This document shows positions 13,261-26,100 of a stretch of DNA of 64,000 nucleotides, one piece after another. Positions within the stretch are counted from its first letter, which is position 1. Each line of letters begins with the position of its first letter. A program made the translations under genes and the position numbers. The notes under the pieces are model-generated. The model searched no databases and was not told the origin of the DNA. It saw nothing but the letters and a program-made list of their open reading frames with translations. Source of the DNA: Eutreptiella sp. 'Long Island Sound 2002'. Its lineage: Eukaryota; Protista; Euglenida. The stretch is from assembly GCA_964036045.1 (NCBI GenBank), contig OZ038378.1:166904001-166968000 (forward strand), given 5' to 3'.

Positions 13261-13661
13261 TGGAGGAGATAGGAGCGTGATGGACGACCTTTACGGCAGC
13301 TGGGGGAGAGATCAGATCATAGGAATACGATGGCAGTCAGTCCGTAGCAATGGCACTAGTAAAATCCCTTCCTTTGAGCAATCAGAGGTAATTTGGTATG
13401 TTTTTCAAAATTCAGATTCCAAAATCACGTATCGTACATCGCCTCCTGGTTTGCGAAACTCGTGTCAGCGTACGTCAGGTCCTGGTGCATTATGCACGCA
13501 CACGCGCCTATTGCGGTATGCGCGCGTCGCACCAAGTTTGCGGCCAGGGAAACGCCGGGAACTCTAAATTGTTTTCTTGATTCATCAACATAGCTTGGCA
13601 TCTGTCTTAAATCAGCTGGTTAAACTTGTATCGAACTAGGCGTGTTTTAATGTGGTTGTAC

Positions 13662-13700
13662 GGGTGGGTGGGTGGGTGGGTGGGTGGGTGGGTGGGTGGG
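13662..13700. repeat. (GGGT)n tract upstream of psbQ
   Basis: About 10 copies of GGGT, directly visible. Confidence 0.95.
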
Positions 13701-14549
13701 CGTGATTTTGTGTGTACGTGTGCACGCGCGCGTGCGAGGATGTGATGTTTATTTTGTGGTGTGTATAAGTGCTGTTGACTAAAGGTTTTGTGGCTCAATC
13801 ACACGCCTCACGGCACATGTCGCACATGGCGTATGAGGTTCGCCAATGGAAGCTTGCGTGGTGGGAGTGCAATTCTAGGAGGGAAGGGCTGTTTGCCGGT
13901 GAATCGGCGAGGTGCATGTTGGCGCGCGGGGGGGGGGAACCATTTCACGGCATATTCATTTTTAGACAATGTAACCCACAAGCAAACGCATCGTTGTTGC
14001 GGGAAACAAGTGGAGTACAAAAGGAACCACCCTTGCATGCTTTGTAACACTATTACCACGTGCAAGTGGGAGTTTAAATTTGTGCCGAAATAAGTGTCCA
14101 TGCACAATTATGAATCACGATTTTCCAAAGCTTCAATCGCACAAAACAAGTGCGTTTGCACCATGATAATCTTAAGCTACGTAAAACAACTCTTTGCCAA
14201 CATCATGTGGCCGAGTGGCGAAAATTTTTCGGAAATGTTACGGTAAAAGGTGGCTCCTTGCACCCCAGCTGGGAAAGCAATGATGTTTCTTTGCCAATCT
14301 AAATATGATGATCGCCAAACCATGTCAATGAGCTCATGGCGCTTTTGAAGGTACCTCTTTCTTCGGAGATTAAGAGACGAGGCAAGTTTTGTAGTGATGA
14401 CTTTTTGTGATGCTCTCTTTGCTTGGCGAGTTCCCTTGGATTGCATTGCAATTGCTACTTTCGTTAGGAAGACACAGGAGGTGTTGGCCCCCAACTCCCA
14501 TTAACCTGGTGTGCAATTGTGGTCGCTAAGCAGTTTTGCCGCCCTCCAA

Positions 14550-14700
14550 CCCGTTGACACCGACTTTGACAGCACGTTGACACCACACCCACGTTGATAC
14601 CCGTTGACACCCACGTTGGCACCCCTTGACAACCCCTTGACACCCACGACGTTGACACCCGTGCCTTGACACCCACGTTGACACCCGTTGACACCGATAC
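14550..14700. repeat. GTTGACACCC-type minisatellite
   Basis: More than ten degenerate copies of TTGACACC. Confidence 0.85.
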
Positions 14701-15474
14701 GGGTGTTCGCCGACACATGGGAGCAAACGTGTCAAGTTTGGAATACATGGTGGTTTTTTGCTTCCATGCTAAATACTACTACGAGCAGCACCGAAATCGG
14801 TACTCGTCCGGCGACGCCGCACCCTCACGAAATAATTCGGATCACCGGAGCTGCGCCAGCCAGCAGGGGGGGGGGGGGGGGGTTTTCGGCCGGCCGGCCA
14901 GCCAGCCACCTAGCCGGCCACCTAGCCAGCCACCTAGCCAGCCACCATTGCTTTGTACATGCATGTTTGCCTCACCGCCCTTGCTCTCAAGATCTCAAGA
15001 TGATGTCACCGATCCATGGAGTGTGTGGTAAAATTTCCTTCCCTTTAAACAAGGCACATCATGCATTGGGATGGGGTTTTGGGTTGTTTGCTTGTGTGGG
15101 AATCCGGACCTAGTGGTCCAGTTGCACAATCACCAACACAATTGCCGTTGCATTGTGTTGTAGCGTCCCCGTGTCCAACTAACGTCGGCAAGCATGCATG
15201 GAGATGCCCCAGTGCATGCATTTTTTAAATAGGAAAAAATGTGTCGACAGGACCGGGGATGTAGAATGGCCGAGCCCCATCCGCGTTGGGGTCCCAAGAT
15301 GGGACGCGGTCCGCTCACACTTGCCACAATCATATAGAGAGGCCAAAACTTGTTTTTCTTGGTTCATGCTTTAATTTAGCTGTTTAGGTGTTTGTTATAA
15401 TGAGGCGTTCCGATTTGTGATAAGTGCATGCGCATGCCCCTTTCCTTTGTGTAGTGTGCTTTGCTGTTTGCGAT

Positions 15475-16030
15475 ATGTCTGAACCATCTCCGGAGTATGG
15501 CCCCGATTTTTGGGTCAAGGCTTGTGGCGGGAAATACCTCGTTACTGCCAAGATCGGGGTTCATTGGACTCTTGCCGAACTGATATACGACAAATATTGT
15601 CGTCCTGGCAAAGTCCCCCGTGAGCACTTGTACTACGTGCTTGCGTGGTTGAAATTAGTGCTGACCACCTTGATCATCCGAACAATAGTTGTCCTCATTT
15701 TCCGGACACGGATGGTGGTTGGGATACTTTCCCAATTTTTGTACTTTCTGGTGCACACTTGTATCAACCGAAGTACAAACACTCGGTTGTGAAGTTCAAT
15801 GCCATTGTGACCCATCTGGGCCTTTGTGCGTATATCTCCGGGCCGCATCCGGGAGCGATGAGCGATACCACGATTGCTCGTAAATACCGCCCCGGTTTGA
15901 GTGCAACTCATACATTGCTTGGCGATCTCGCCTACCTTTCCGTGCCCAATTGCCTCACTCCTTTTAAGTGTCCCCATACGCACACCATGCGTGAGAAGAG
16001 GCGGTTCAATGGTGCACTACGTATTTTGAG
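15475..16030 (+). mobile_element. Degenerate PIF/Harbinger-IS5-like (DDE_Tnp_4) transposase fragment
   Basis: Motifs YQPKYKH, ISGPHPGAMSD, LLGDLAY and TPFK...EKRRFN, plus an N-terminal LYYVLAWLK in another frame. It is interrupted after FNGALR by a (GCCA)n/poly-G tract. Confidence 0.7.
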
Positions 16031-17186
16031 TGTTTTCCAGGGGCGCGCCAGCCAGCCAGCCAGCCAGCCAGGGGGGGGGGGGGGGGGAGGGGGGGGGTTT
16101 CCAAAGCCTCCCAGCCACCCAGCCGCGGCTAGGCGCAGCTCCACCGCAAAAGTCGTCTTGTAACGATTCACGCTACACTTTCCTTGATCGGCAGCGGGGC
16201 CAGAAGCGTCAATTCAACAACACGGGGTATCGTCCTTGTGATATGTGGTGCAAATTGTGTGTGTGCATGCTTGGTTTACTTGAGCCACGTGGTAGTTGAC
16301 GAAGTTCCACTCCTTTTGAAACCGCGAGCGTTTTGGGTTCTCATCACACCATTCTTTGTCTTGAACAGACGAAACCATGAAAGCCGCACAAGCAACAAGC
16401 ACTCTTGGGGACATTGAGCATAGAACGGTTGCTTGCGAAACGGACGCATGGTAATGGATACAATGAAACATGCATCGCTGGCCATAACATGTTGTTTGAA
16501 GTGTAAATTTCACGAACAACAAAATGCCAGGTTTCACCTTTGCTTTTTGTGCATGGACCCATGCATGTGCAAATGAGGTGGATAAACGCGGTAGAAAGCA
16601 TCCACGAAAAAATGTGGAGAACTCCGCATCAAACGTCATCCAAAATCTGGAATGTGTGAGTATAGGTGGTCACAACCAACCAACCACGCAAATGGTAACC
16701 GCGTGGTACTACTATCTCACCTAAGTCTAGTCATGGGCCTAAAAAGGTGAGCCACCACGGCATGTGCAATGTTCATCAATGGTACTACTGATAGTCAGGT
16801 TTCGTAATGGAAGCCACCTTACAAATGTTGTCTTTAGCTGAAAGGCTTTGGTTGCCACTTGGTCCATGTTTGGCTTTTCATCAATTCTCTCATTTAGACC
16901 CTGAGCGCTCAAGATAGGGGTTTTGGTCCGTCGCCATCTGTTTTCTGCATCGTTTTTGCCCCTTCTATTCCGTTGCAACTCTCTCTCCATTTCTCCTTTA
17001 TTTATTCCATCGTTGGCCGAAGCCGGATCTAGTCGGAGGCAGTGACAATACGTGACGAGAATCTTTCTTTTGTTGGTTTCATGCATAATCGTGCCCACCG
17101 ACGAGTCAAGGGGAAAGGGAATAGTGGAATCCACCATCGGAAGCATGAACCGTTGTGGTGGAATTTGTGCCTTAGGTCCCTTTTTT

Positions 17187-20100
17187 ATGGATTCTGTTGC
17201 CCAGCGATGGGCTTTGGTGGCTGGAAATGTCATTCTCTTTGCACTTTTTTTTTGTGCACTCCGCCGCAGGCGGTGGCACTCTTCATCCACTGTCACAAGG
17301 GCTGCTATTGACATTGGAAGCGGGATGACAAAGGTGTTGGTGGCTGAGGTGGATTTGGAGAACAATAATTTGGTCCGCGTTCTCATATCGGATGATGCAG
17401 AGGTTTGCGGAGGCGCATGAAGTAGCGTGTACTTTGTTTGTACGCTCCTCCGCCTTTCCCATCCTTGACCATGTCTTCGGCCCCTCCGCATGTTATGTGC
17501 CACAAAATCAATTACGCGGTGAGCAATTTTTGGGCAAGATTCTTCCAGGCCAATTTTTCTATTTTCCCTTCTGTTGGAAAGTTTTGGAAATTTTTGCATG
17601 CACAAGAAGCAAACGATCAACAGGAGGCGTTGGTGGGCGCTCAAACACAAGATCAAAAATTTAGAAAAGACTCGCCCTTCTCGTCACAAATTCAACGACG
17701 CAATCACCACCGCGAGTTGTTGCCAACCGAGGGTGTCGACGATAGCAATAACAAAACTCGGAGGCACGGAGTGGTACAAACAAAGGTGGTTTTGCCGCAA
17801 TCTCTCATCGCATTAAACCATGATTCTAACAAATCTCTCATTAGCCAGCCTGTAATGTATCGCCGTATCCTTGGTCTTGTTTTCGCTTTTTTGACAGGAG
17901 CTCGTCTTGTTTTCGCTTGTTAATAGGAGCTCGTTGCTCCTTCACCATCTTCTTGTACAGGTCATGTTGCGGAGAGACCTCTTACAACAAAACAAGCAAG
18001 GTGGGCGGAAGTCTTTCAGTCTAGCTATCCAAGCCCAATTGTACGACCAACTTGCCGCCTATAAAAGCATCGCACAAGCCGCCGGGGCCACGCAATACGC
18101 AGCCGTTGCCACAGGTATTGCCGGTGATGGATGTCACAATATGTCTACATTTGGAGTGGCTAGATTCCAAGGGACGGCTTCCGGCTTGGGAAATGGGATG
18201 TTAAATATGCCCATCCAAGCCCAATCAATCCGAGGCCCGTTCAAGCCGGAGTAACGGTGGCAATATTTGGAAAAATGATGACGAAACTATAGGATGAAGC
18301 CCACGCCGCCCTCGGGATTGCAAGACAATTGCGATGCATGTTGGACGATTTCTCGTTTGAACTAGCACCATTAGCACTAGCAGCCACAAGAGCACTATAG
18401 CCATGCCATGGGGCCACGTTGTGAGCAACTTCCCTCATGACTCAGCCGAGCAACAACGCCCTCATGCAACATTCGTTGTGCCTGTCCCTCTTGGTGGTCG
18501 AACATTGGTATCCTACCTATCTCTACTAGCTGCATTTCGTGAGACGGACAACGGAGAAGATTTCCTTCGGCATGTGAACGCCGAGCTAGGGATCCCTGTT
18601 GAGATCATTGGTCAGGTTGTTGGCTCGTGGTGGGGACCAGTGGATTTGGGGAATGAGGGCACATGCTTGGGTTGGAGTCTTAGCGAATGGTACGATGGTG
18701 GTGTGTGCTTGGGATTTGGGTGTTAGAGCTGCTCTGGAAAATGTCTATGGTGGCACATGCTTTGTGCAAAAAATGTGTTCATGCACAGCTTTTCTCTAGG
18801 AAAACCGTGTACGGTTTTTTGGCCGAAGGTTAGGCTTTCAGGGCAGGGAGACGGGGATGGTGCTGCATGCTTTTGTTGATAAACACCGGCGTGCGTGCTT
18901 TGATTTCAGCTGCGTGCTTTTAGAGGAGGGGGGGGTTACATGGAAAAATAAAGGAGCTAGCGATTCAGAGGATACCTTTCGGATTTCGTTTACCATGTAG
19001 ATAGATTGAAACGGGCGTGGAAGGGTCATAATGGCATTGAAAATGAGCATTGGGGTGTTATATTTACTCTTCTTAGCGGGGGATGACAAACGGCTAATGG
19101 AGGAAAGCATCTTTTCAGAAGATGATGAATACAATGATTCACAAGTTGTCTCAGTTGTCGTTGACCTACGAAAGTATTGGTGTTGGGTGACGGAGGGTTG
19201 GCGAGAAGCGGAGGTTGCAACAAAACGTGCAAAGCAATGCCTAGCTCATCTTCACCCAACTTTTCAACGCATGCTTGTAGCTTGGTGTGAATGGAGTGTG
19301 GAACCTTCAAAATTTTAATGTTGGTTGCAAGTGCGATTCCACCCATGAGGGCATACATAAAAGAAATGGCAAGCACCCATATCTCCCTTGAAGGGCACAA
19401 GGAGGATGACGTGGGTCAAGTGGCTGTGGGGGAATGAACAATGGGAAAGGTGTGGGGCATGGGATCACAACGTGTTGCCCTACCCGTGTGCTCCCATGGC
19501 ACTATTGTCCATGAAAATGAACTTTGGTGTGATGCATGGAACGAAGCGATTATAGGTGTCTTCATGGGGCCCAGTGGAGGTGTTTGCGACCCAGTAGTAA
19601 GTGGTAGTAGCCACAACATGCATCACATAGCGTGCCTCCAAGTGCCAAGGCCCTTTTATGATGGACTACCTCAAGCGGAAGAAAGGGCCTTTTGCGATAG
19701 ACATCGCCCTAGGAACAACAGCAGTTAACTCCCTCGTATAATAGCAAAAAGCATGTATGGCCCCCTACAGACGCGCAATGTGACCCCACATTAAAAGCAA
19801 AAGCAAACTACTGAATCCAACCCCCCAAACGAGGCAGGGACAAATGCGACGAATGCCTGGGCCACATGTGGTGCACTGCCGCAAGGTCCACGCCCAAGCC
19901 AAGTGCAGAATCGAGAGAGGGAAAGGCAGCGTTGACAAGGTGTGTGTCTACACAAAGGGTGTGGTATCACTTGGAGCAACTGTCGCAGCACTTGCATGAA
20001 GGACTGCCAAGACATTGATGAGACATGGCATTGCCCTTAAGCCACGTTGTTGCAGTTGCTGCATGGTAGATAAGGCATGGCACACTATTGGTCCGGTCCT

Positions 20101-23100
20101 GTGCCGCACACTAGGAAGGTAGCTGCACCACTTCAAGATGGGTGACAAATGGATCGGCACAAAGTATCATGACCTCAGACTAAATCATGCCCTACAAATG
20201 CGTGCTGTTGCAGAGCGTCCAGGAGATACAGCATATGGTGCAGCGAAAAACCCCTCTCCCCCCATAAGAAGAAGGTAAAAGAGGAAACGCCACCGGCAAG
20301 TTTCGTAGGAGTGACTCCCACCCCAGCATGGCCCTGTTGCTAGGGGCCCTCAGGTAGGTGGTATGTAGGTGGGATGCATGGAGCATGGCGATGGTGACGC
20401 CGCATGGCTGCTAGTACAGCAAGAAGGTACAGGAAATGCTTTCTGTGTTGTTGTGCCCCCTTTCATAGCGAAGGGGGGACAATGAATTGTATCTTAGGGT
20501 GTATTTTCACCGAAATGATCCAACACGGAAAACAAATGACAAGCACCTGCAACCAAGGGCTGAATTTGTATTTCCAATACAAGCAGAATTTTCAAAATCA
20601 GAACGTCAGGGGCAACTGTAAGTCCACCCATGAGGAATGACAATACAAGCAGGATTTTCAAAATCAGAATGACAGCTTGTGTCCAGGGTGGTCTGGATCC
20701 TATGGGGATATTTGGGGTGCAGGGCCTCCGCTTCCCACAAGCACCATCCCACTTTTGAGACCCACCATGCTCACGCACATTGGAGCCTAGCCCTTGGTTG
20801 TGGGTGCTTGCGGTTTGTTACACCCTCATGTGTGGGTATACGCTTGCCCAGAATGTTTCCGGATTGAAGCTTTCAGTTGTTTTGAAAATACTATTTGAAG
20901 ATGAAGGTCCATCTACCTACTAAGATGAGGTAAAATTCCTTTCCTTGCAGGTCAGAAGAGAAGGCTGAATTGCAGAGTACAAAATGACCACAGATGAGCT
21001 CAGGGGGGGGTGGAGAGATGAGGTTTTTGCAGTTGCATGTGAATACCTGCGAGAAGCTGTGATGATGGTCGGCTTCCATAAGGGCCTGTTGGGCAATGAT
21101 GCTCACAGCAACACAACACTGAATGTGCCACTACAACTTGCACAAGGCCAGAGCAGTCTTCGGTTTCCGAAACTCGTACATGGGACTTGCACCAAATAGC
21201 CACATTGCATCTTTGTCAGGAGTTCGAAGGCCAGCTGGGGTTCTACACGGCCAAGGTGGTGTGCCATGATGTGGCTGAAGACAATCTGGTTGCTTGGGAC
21301 AGCGGAGGTGGCAGCTTCCAGCTTACGAGCAGAGTTGGCAACGGCATGTCAGCATCCAGCTTTTTCCCCCAGCTCGCCTTTCTCCATCTTCCTCCCTATC
21401 TCAGGCCTCCTTTTCGATCTCTTTCAGCATTTCTTGCCTCCCTGTCTCTCTCTCTCCCTCTTGGCATGTCTCTGTCTTTCTATGTTTGTCTGTCTGTGCC
21501 TCGTCCTCTGCATGTGGACCGGCTTTCTACTATGCTATCTGTTTTGCCGGCCATCTGTCCGTTCCCTGATGTGCACAATACCAAGAGCCAGATGGTGCAA
21601 GAGACCTGAACAATGCTGCAGGCAGCAGGAACAGGTGACAGATAGGAATCGCAAACCAGGACAATAGATCACAATGCACAACAGACATGCACAGCAAGCA
21701 CCAAAGATTGAAGCATGGCACAGCATGCCGTATCCGTACGGAGCGCTACCGTCTGAATATTAGAGACAAGCGCAGACCGATTTCACACAAAAAAAGGGAA
21801 AGTTGAAAAATAAATTAATTTTTCAGCACCGGGCCTTTGGAAGTGTGAAATGGGCTGCAAAAGTGTGCAAAAATGGATGCACTCTGTGCACAGGAAACCC
21901 AGTCTCTCTCCTATGTTTCGTTTTGCACTCTTCTTTTGCGGACACCATGTCCAGTTTGCGCTGGGATTTTGAAGTTATTCCCATTGCTTGCTTTGCTGCT
22001 GAAGGCCACAGGGTAGAAATGTCAGATTTCTGTGTGTGGTGTTGTCAGTACGGACACCATGGAGGCCCCTGCTGCACCTGCCCATTGGCGGCCTGTAGGA
22101 TGGCCCCTCGGTGAATTTGATGTGGCGCTGTTTGTGCGGTCCACTGTGACCACCAAGCATTAACATCCATCCAGGGACCACCAGGAATTAACAGCATCCA
22201 TCCAGGGATCATCAAGAATGATTGCAACCATCTAGGGAACTCCATGAAGTAACAGCATTCATCCAGCGGCATTAGAATTGTGAAATGAGCCTGGCCCTGC
22301 AAGAGCCACCCAAACAATAAATTGCATGGAAGCGCAAGAAAAGGATTCTTCTTCCGTGCAAGTACCAACTGCAAAATCAAAATGCCAAAATTCACAAAAA
22401 AAAGAATTTTCATATTTTTTTGATGGCTGCACGTTTTGGTTGATAAATTTCAAACTGCCCACCCCCAGAAATAATGGGAAAATTCAAGTAGTTGTATTAT
22501 AGATTTTTTGGGGGTTGGGGTTGGGGGGTGATTGGTCGGAGTTTTGAAGCATGCTGCAGCACCGTGTGAATGTCAATCAAGTGTTGTGCAGCTGCTGTAA
22601 TGGCATCACTCACTGTGACATTGACAGTCAGTTGGGATATTGGGGCAAGAGTTAGCATGTATGTGGCTCTCAACCCATAAACACTTTGCACCATCTGGCA
22701 GATGATACATGCGAGATGGGGCTCATACCACTGATGCTTGTGCTCTGCCAACAGGCCCTGGAGCTACATAGGAGCACCGAGACTGCCTGAGCAGGTTCTG
22801 TAGTTGGCATCAGAGGGCAAAGGAAAAGGAAAGCCGTTCCAAATGAGGGGAGGAATCCACACAGCCCGGTACTCTGCGCTGCACCATTTTCCAAGGGGTA
22901 TTCATGAGCCGTAAAAGAATGGCACGTGGTAACCCTGCGCCCTTCTGGGGACTTTGATGTGGGGGGTCTTAATTTTGATCTTAAAAAATGTGTTCAATCT
23001 GTTGTCCACTCTGCATTTCAGAATACTCGTGGTGTTTTGGGGTCTGTTTGGCTGGTAGGGTGGAAGTTTGTAGCCTGTGGGGCTTTCTTTCAGGGCATGT

Positions 23101-26100
23101 TCCACAAAGGCGGGTTCATTCCCATATTCGCAATATTTCTGTGCAGAGAATGTCATGTACGGATATGATATTGGCAGCAGCGTGGCCACAACTGCACTCG
23201 TCGAAGCAGTGCAAGGGAAGCTATACGTGGGACAGAGTCCTAATCCAGTCTCAATGGAAGAGGTCCAAATTGTGCTCCACCTTTTGTGTCTGCCGTATTA
23301 AACAATCAACACCAGCCGGGGCGAAGATTTATTGATTGGGTTGTTGGTTGTGGGGGTGCGGAGGTGTTCTGGCACAGTACTCTAAGAACAGCCTTGGTAA
23401 GCAGCAGTATATCCATATTTGACGGTCAATGTGAAGACATTACCAGAAAAGGACAACATAGACTCGGAGCACATTCGTGCAACCACAAGTCCAAACTGCA
23501 TATAACCCCTTCTAGTTGCCTCAGTGGCTTCAGGTCCCAAGCCATGGACCAAGAACCAATCCCACGAAAGGAAACACCCCCACTGCTGCAGACGATATGT
23601 TGGCCAGTGATGGTCATTTTCCACTTTGCTTCCATCCACTGTTCCGCTGCATTTTATCTCCTGCCTTCAGTACCATACAACATTACCCTTCACCCTGCAC
23701 TACACTGTCTTGATCTGGCCCCCAACCCAACGCTGGAGGGGGCTCATAGCCCTGGCCCGCAGTATGGCTGTCCACATTTGTTCTCTGACGGTAACTAGGG
23801 TACATCCAAAAGACGCCGCACCGCAGGTGCACCGTGTGAAAGGTTGGCCACCAGGCACCAGGCACCACTGGTTGGACATCAACTGCGGTTGGTCGCCAAC
23901 CGCCGTCGGTTCACCGCCAACCGCCTGCAGCCAACCGGCAGTCACCCCCAACCCCCCAACCAAACGCCTCTCTGCATTCCCTCCGTGCTGACACTGTGGA
24001 GACATGTACAATGGGCACTGGGATTCAAGACGTCCTGGCCTGCAGCATTCCCCAGGCTCCTGCCTAGCAGCAATACTCGTTTAGCCATGCTCGGCGCTGC
24101 TTCCTGTTTTCAGGCACAAGGGCTGTTTGATTATTTGATTGATCGTCTGCCGGATCCTCCTTTGTGGCTGAGGGCCAAAGTGCTCCGGAAGGAAGTGACG
24201 GTGGCGGGCATAGGCGGAAACAATTGCATTTTCAATCTTGCCCTCCAGGTGCATGATGCAGAGGGTTGAGGGTTTGGTTGCCGAGGTGGTTTGCCGCAGA
24301 TGGTTTTGGATTGGTAGGCGTATTTTAACACACCCGTTGCCCCTCTGGGCCCAGAGGGAGCCAGTCGAAGTGGCCATCTCCAAGTGGCCCAGGGCAAATG
24401 AGTTGCTCCCTTCCACAGCCCAAGGCTCTAGCCACACGGTCGGTCCAGGACAGACGTCCTCAGAGACGCCCTGTATGAAAGAGGCATCCTGTGGGGAAGC
24501 CACCGCATCATTTGGCGTGGGGTGACCCATGTCATGTAGGTATGATGGGTGCGGTCTGTGGCATAGCACGAGTTCCAGTTCACCTGTTATGATCGGTGAT
24601 GCCCTGCATGACTCAGCAATTTGCGTGGACAAACATGCAGTTCTGGGTGTGCGGGTTCGACAGGGGATTATCGAGGGTTCTTGACGCTTCTAGAAAAGGG
24701 AGGGCCAGGGGATTTGGCAAGAGGGCTGTTGAGGAGGGTTGTCCAGGGATGTCAAGCGTTCTAGAGGGCTGTTGAGGGTCTCCCAGGGAAGGGGGATTGG
24801 TTCAGGGCCGTTTCTGGAGGGTGACGGAGGGCTGTCGAGGCTTCTTGAGGGTTGCTGGATTGGTTTGAGGGTACGCCATGGTTTTTGGATCAGTGTTGAG
24901 GGCTTCGTGGTGAGGCTGGTGTGGCAAAGGCTAGCAAAAGTGGGGAGCGCGAATGCCAGCAGATGCCGAGCATTGAGAGGGCACATCCGTACCTTTGAGA
25001 GGACTTTGACTGGGCGGAAACCCTCAAACCCTGTAAGACAACGCCGAACCCCCTGAAATCTGAGCAACGACCGCTGTCGTACGTCCATACCATGGCACTG
25101 CAAGTTAGATTTCTTCATCTACATGCACATTCGTGAGCTTTGCATGCTGGTCATTTTCAGGGGTCAGTGGCACCCTTTGGGACGTCTGATTATAACAGCA
25201 CGGAAACATCCTCAACAACCCTTGAACAGGCCACGTGATGCACGGCATCTCTTCACCCGTAGAACTATGGACCCCCACCTCACCAAAATCGCTTTGCATT
25301 GCATTGCATTGCAGCAGCCCAGCCAAAAAAAAATAGGGCAATACGTAAGAATGCATCTGGATGTTCTCGCTGGCAACTGTATTCACACTCACTCGGCCTT
25401 TAAGGCACCCCCCCCCCCCGCTACACCAGAAGCAAAGATGTAGGTCACGTTGCCAAGGCACCAACAAATCATCATTGTGTGTGCTCTGCAGGTGATTGGG
25501 CGCCTTCAGTTCAGTGACAAGCAGGTGTGGTCGCATGTGCAGTCGCTGGCCAACCAGACGGATGCACAGCTGAGTTGGTACCCTCAGAAAGACATGGTGC
25601 TGCCAAAGTTAATCCTCATGTACAGGTATGACTGAGCGGTGTGGTGTGGTACTATGGTGCCAGAAGTAGGGCTGCGGTGCCAGAAGTAGGGCTGCGGTGC
25701 CAGAAGTAGGGCTGTGGTGCCAGGGGCTCAGGGCCCAGAGTATTGATGATTTTTCGGGTTGAAGTCATGGGCCCCATGACTCTTTGGCCACCAGCAGCCA
25801 GTGCAGCCACCAGCATGGCCCTGAGGGGAATAGGCGTCCCGCCGGGTGCGCCCCAGCCTGCATTGCACGGAAGTGATTACTGCTGCGAAAATGTGATGCT
25901 GTGGCGTGGTGTGCAGCGTACATGTCGGTGCATTTGCTCTAAAATTGCAGGGATTGAGCTGAGCGGGGGGATTGCGGTCCGCAATTTACCGCAATTTTAC
26001 CGCAATTTTTCAATGATGCCTCTATTCAAAAATTTCAGTTTTCCCCTGAGGAAAATTCTTTCCCTCCCTTCGCTGCTACTAGGCACACTGTGCGTGTACG

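Noticed and set aside
16739-17656. 305-aa minus-strand ORF
   Set aside because: It is antisense to Ppx/GppA exon 1 and has no recognisable motif; probably a shadow ORF.
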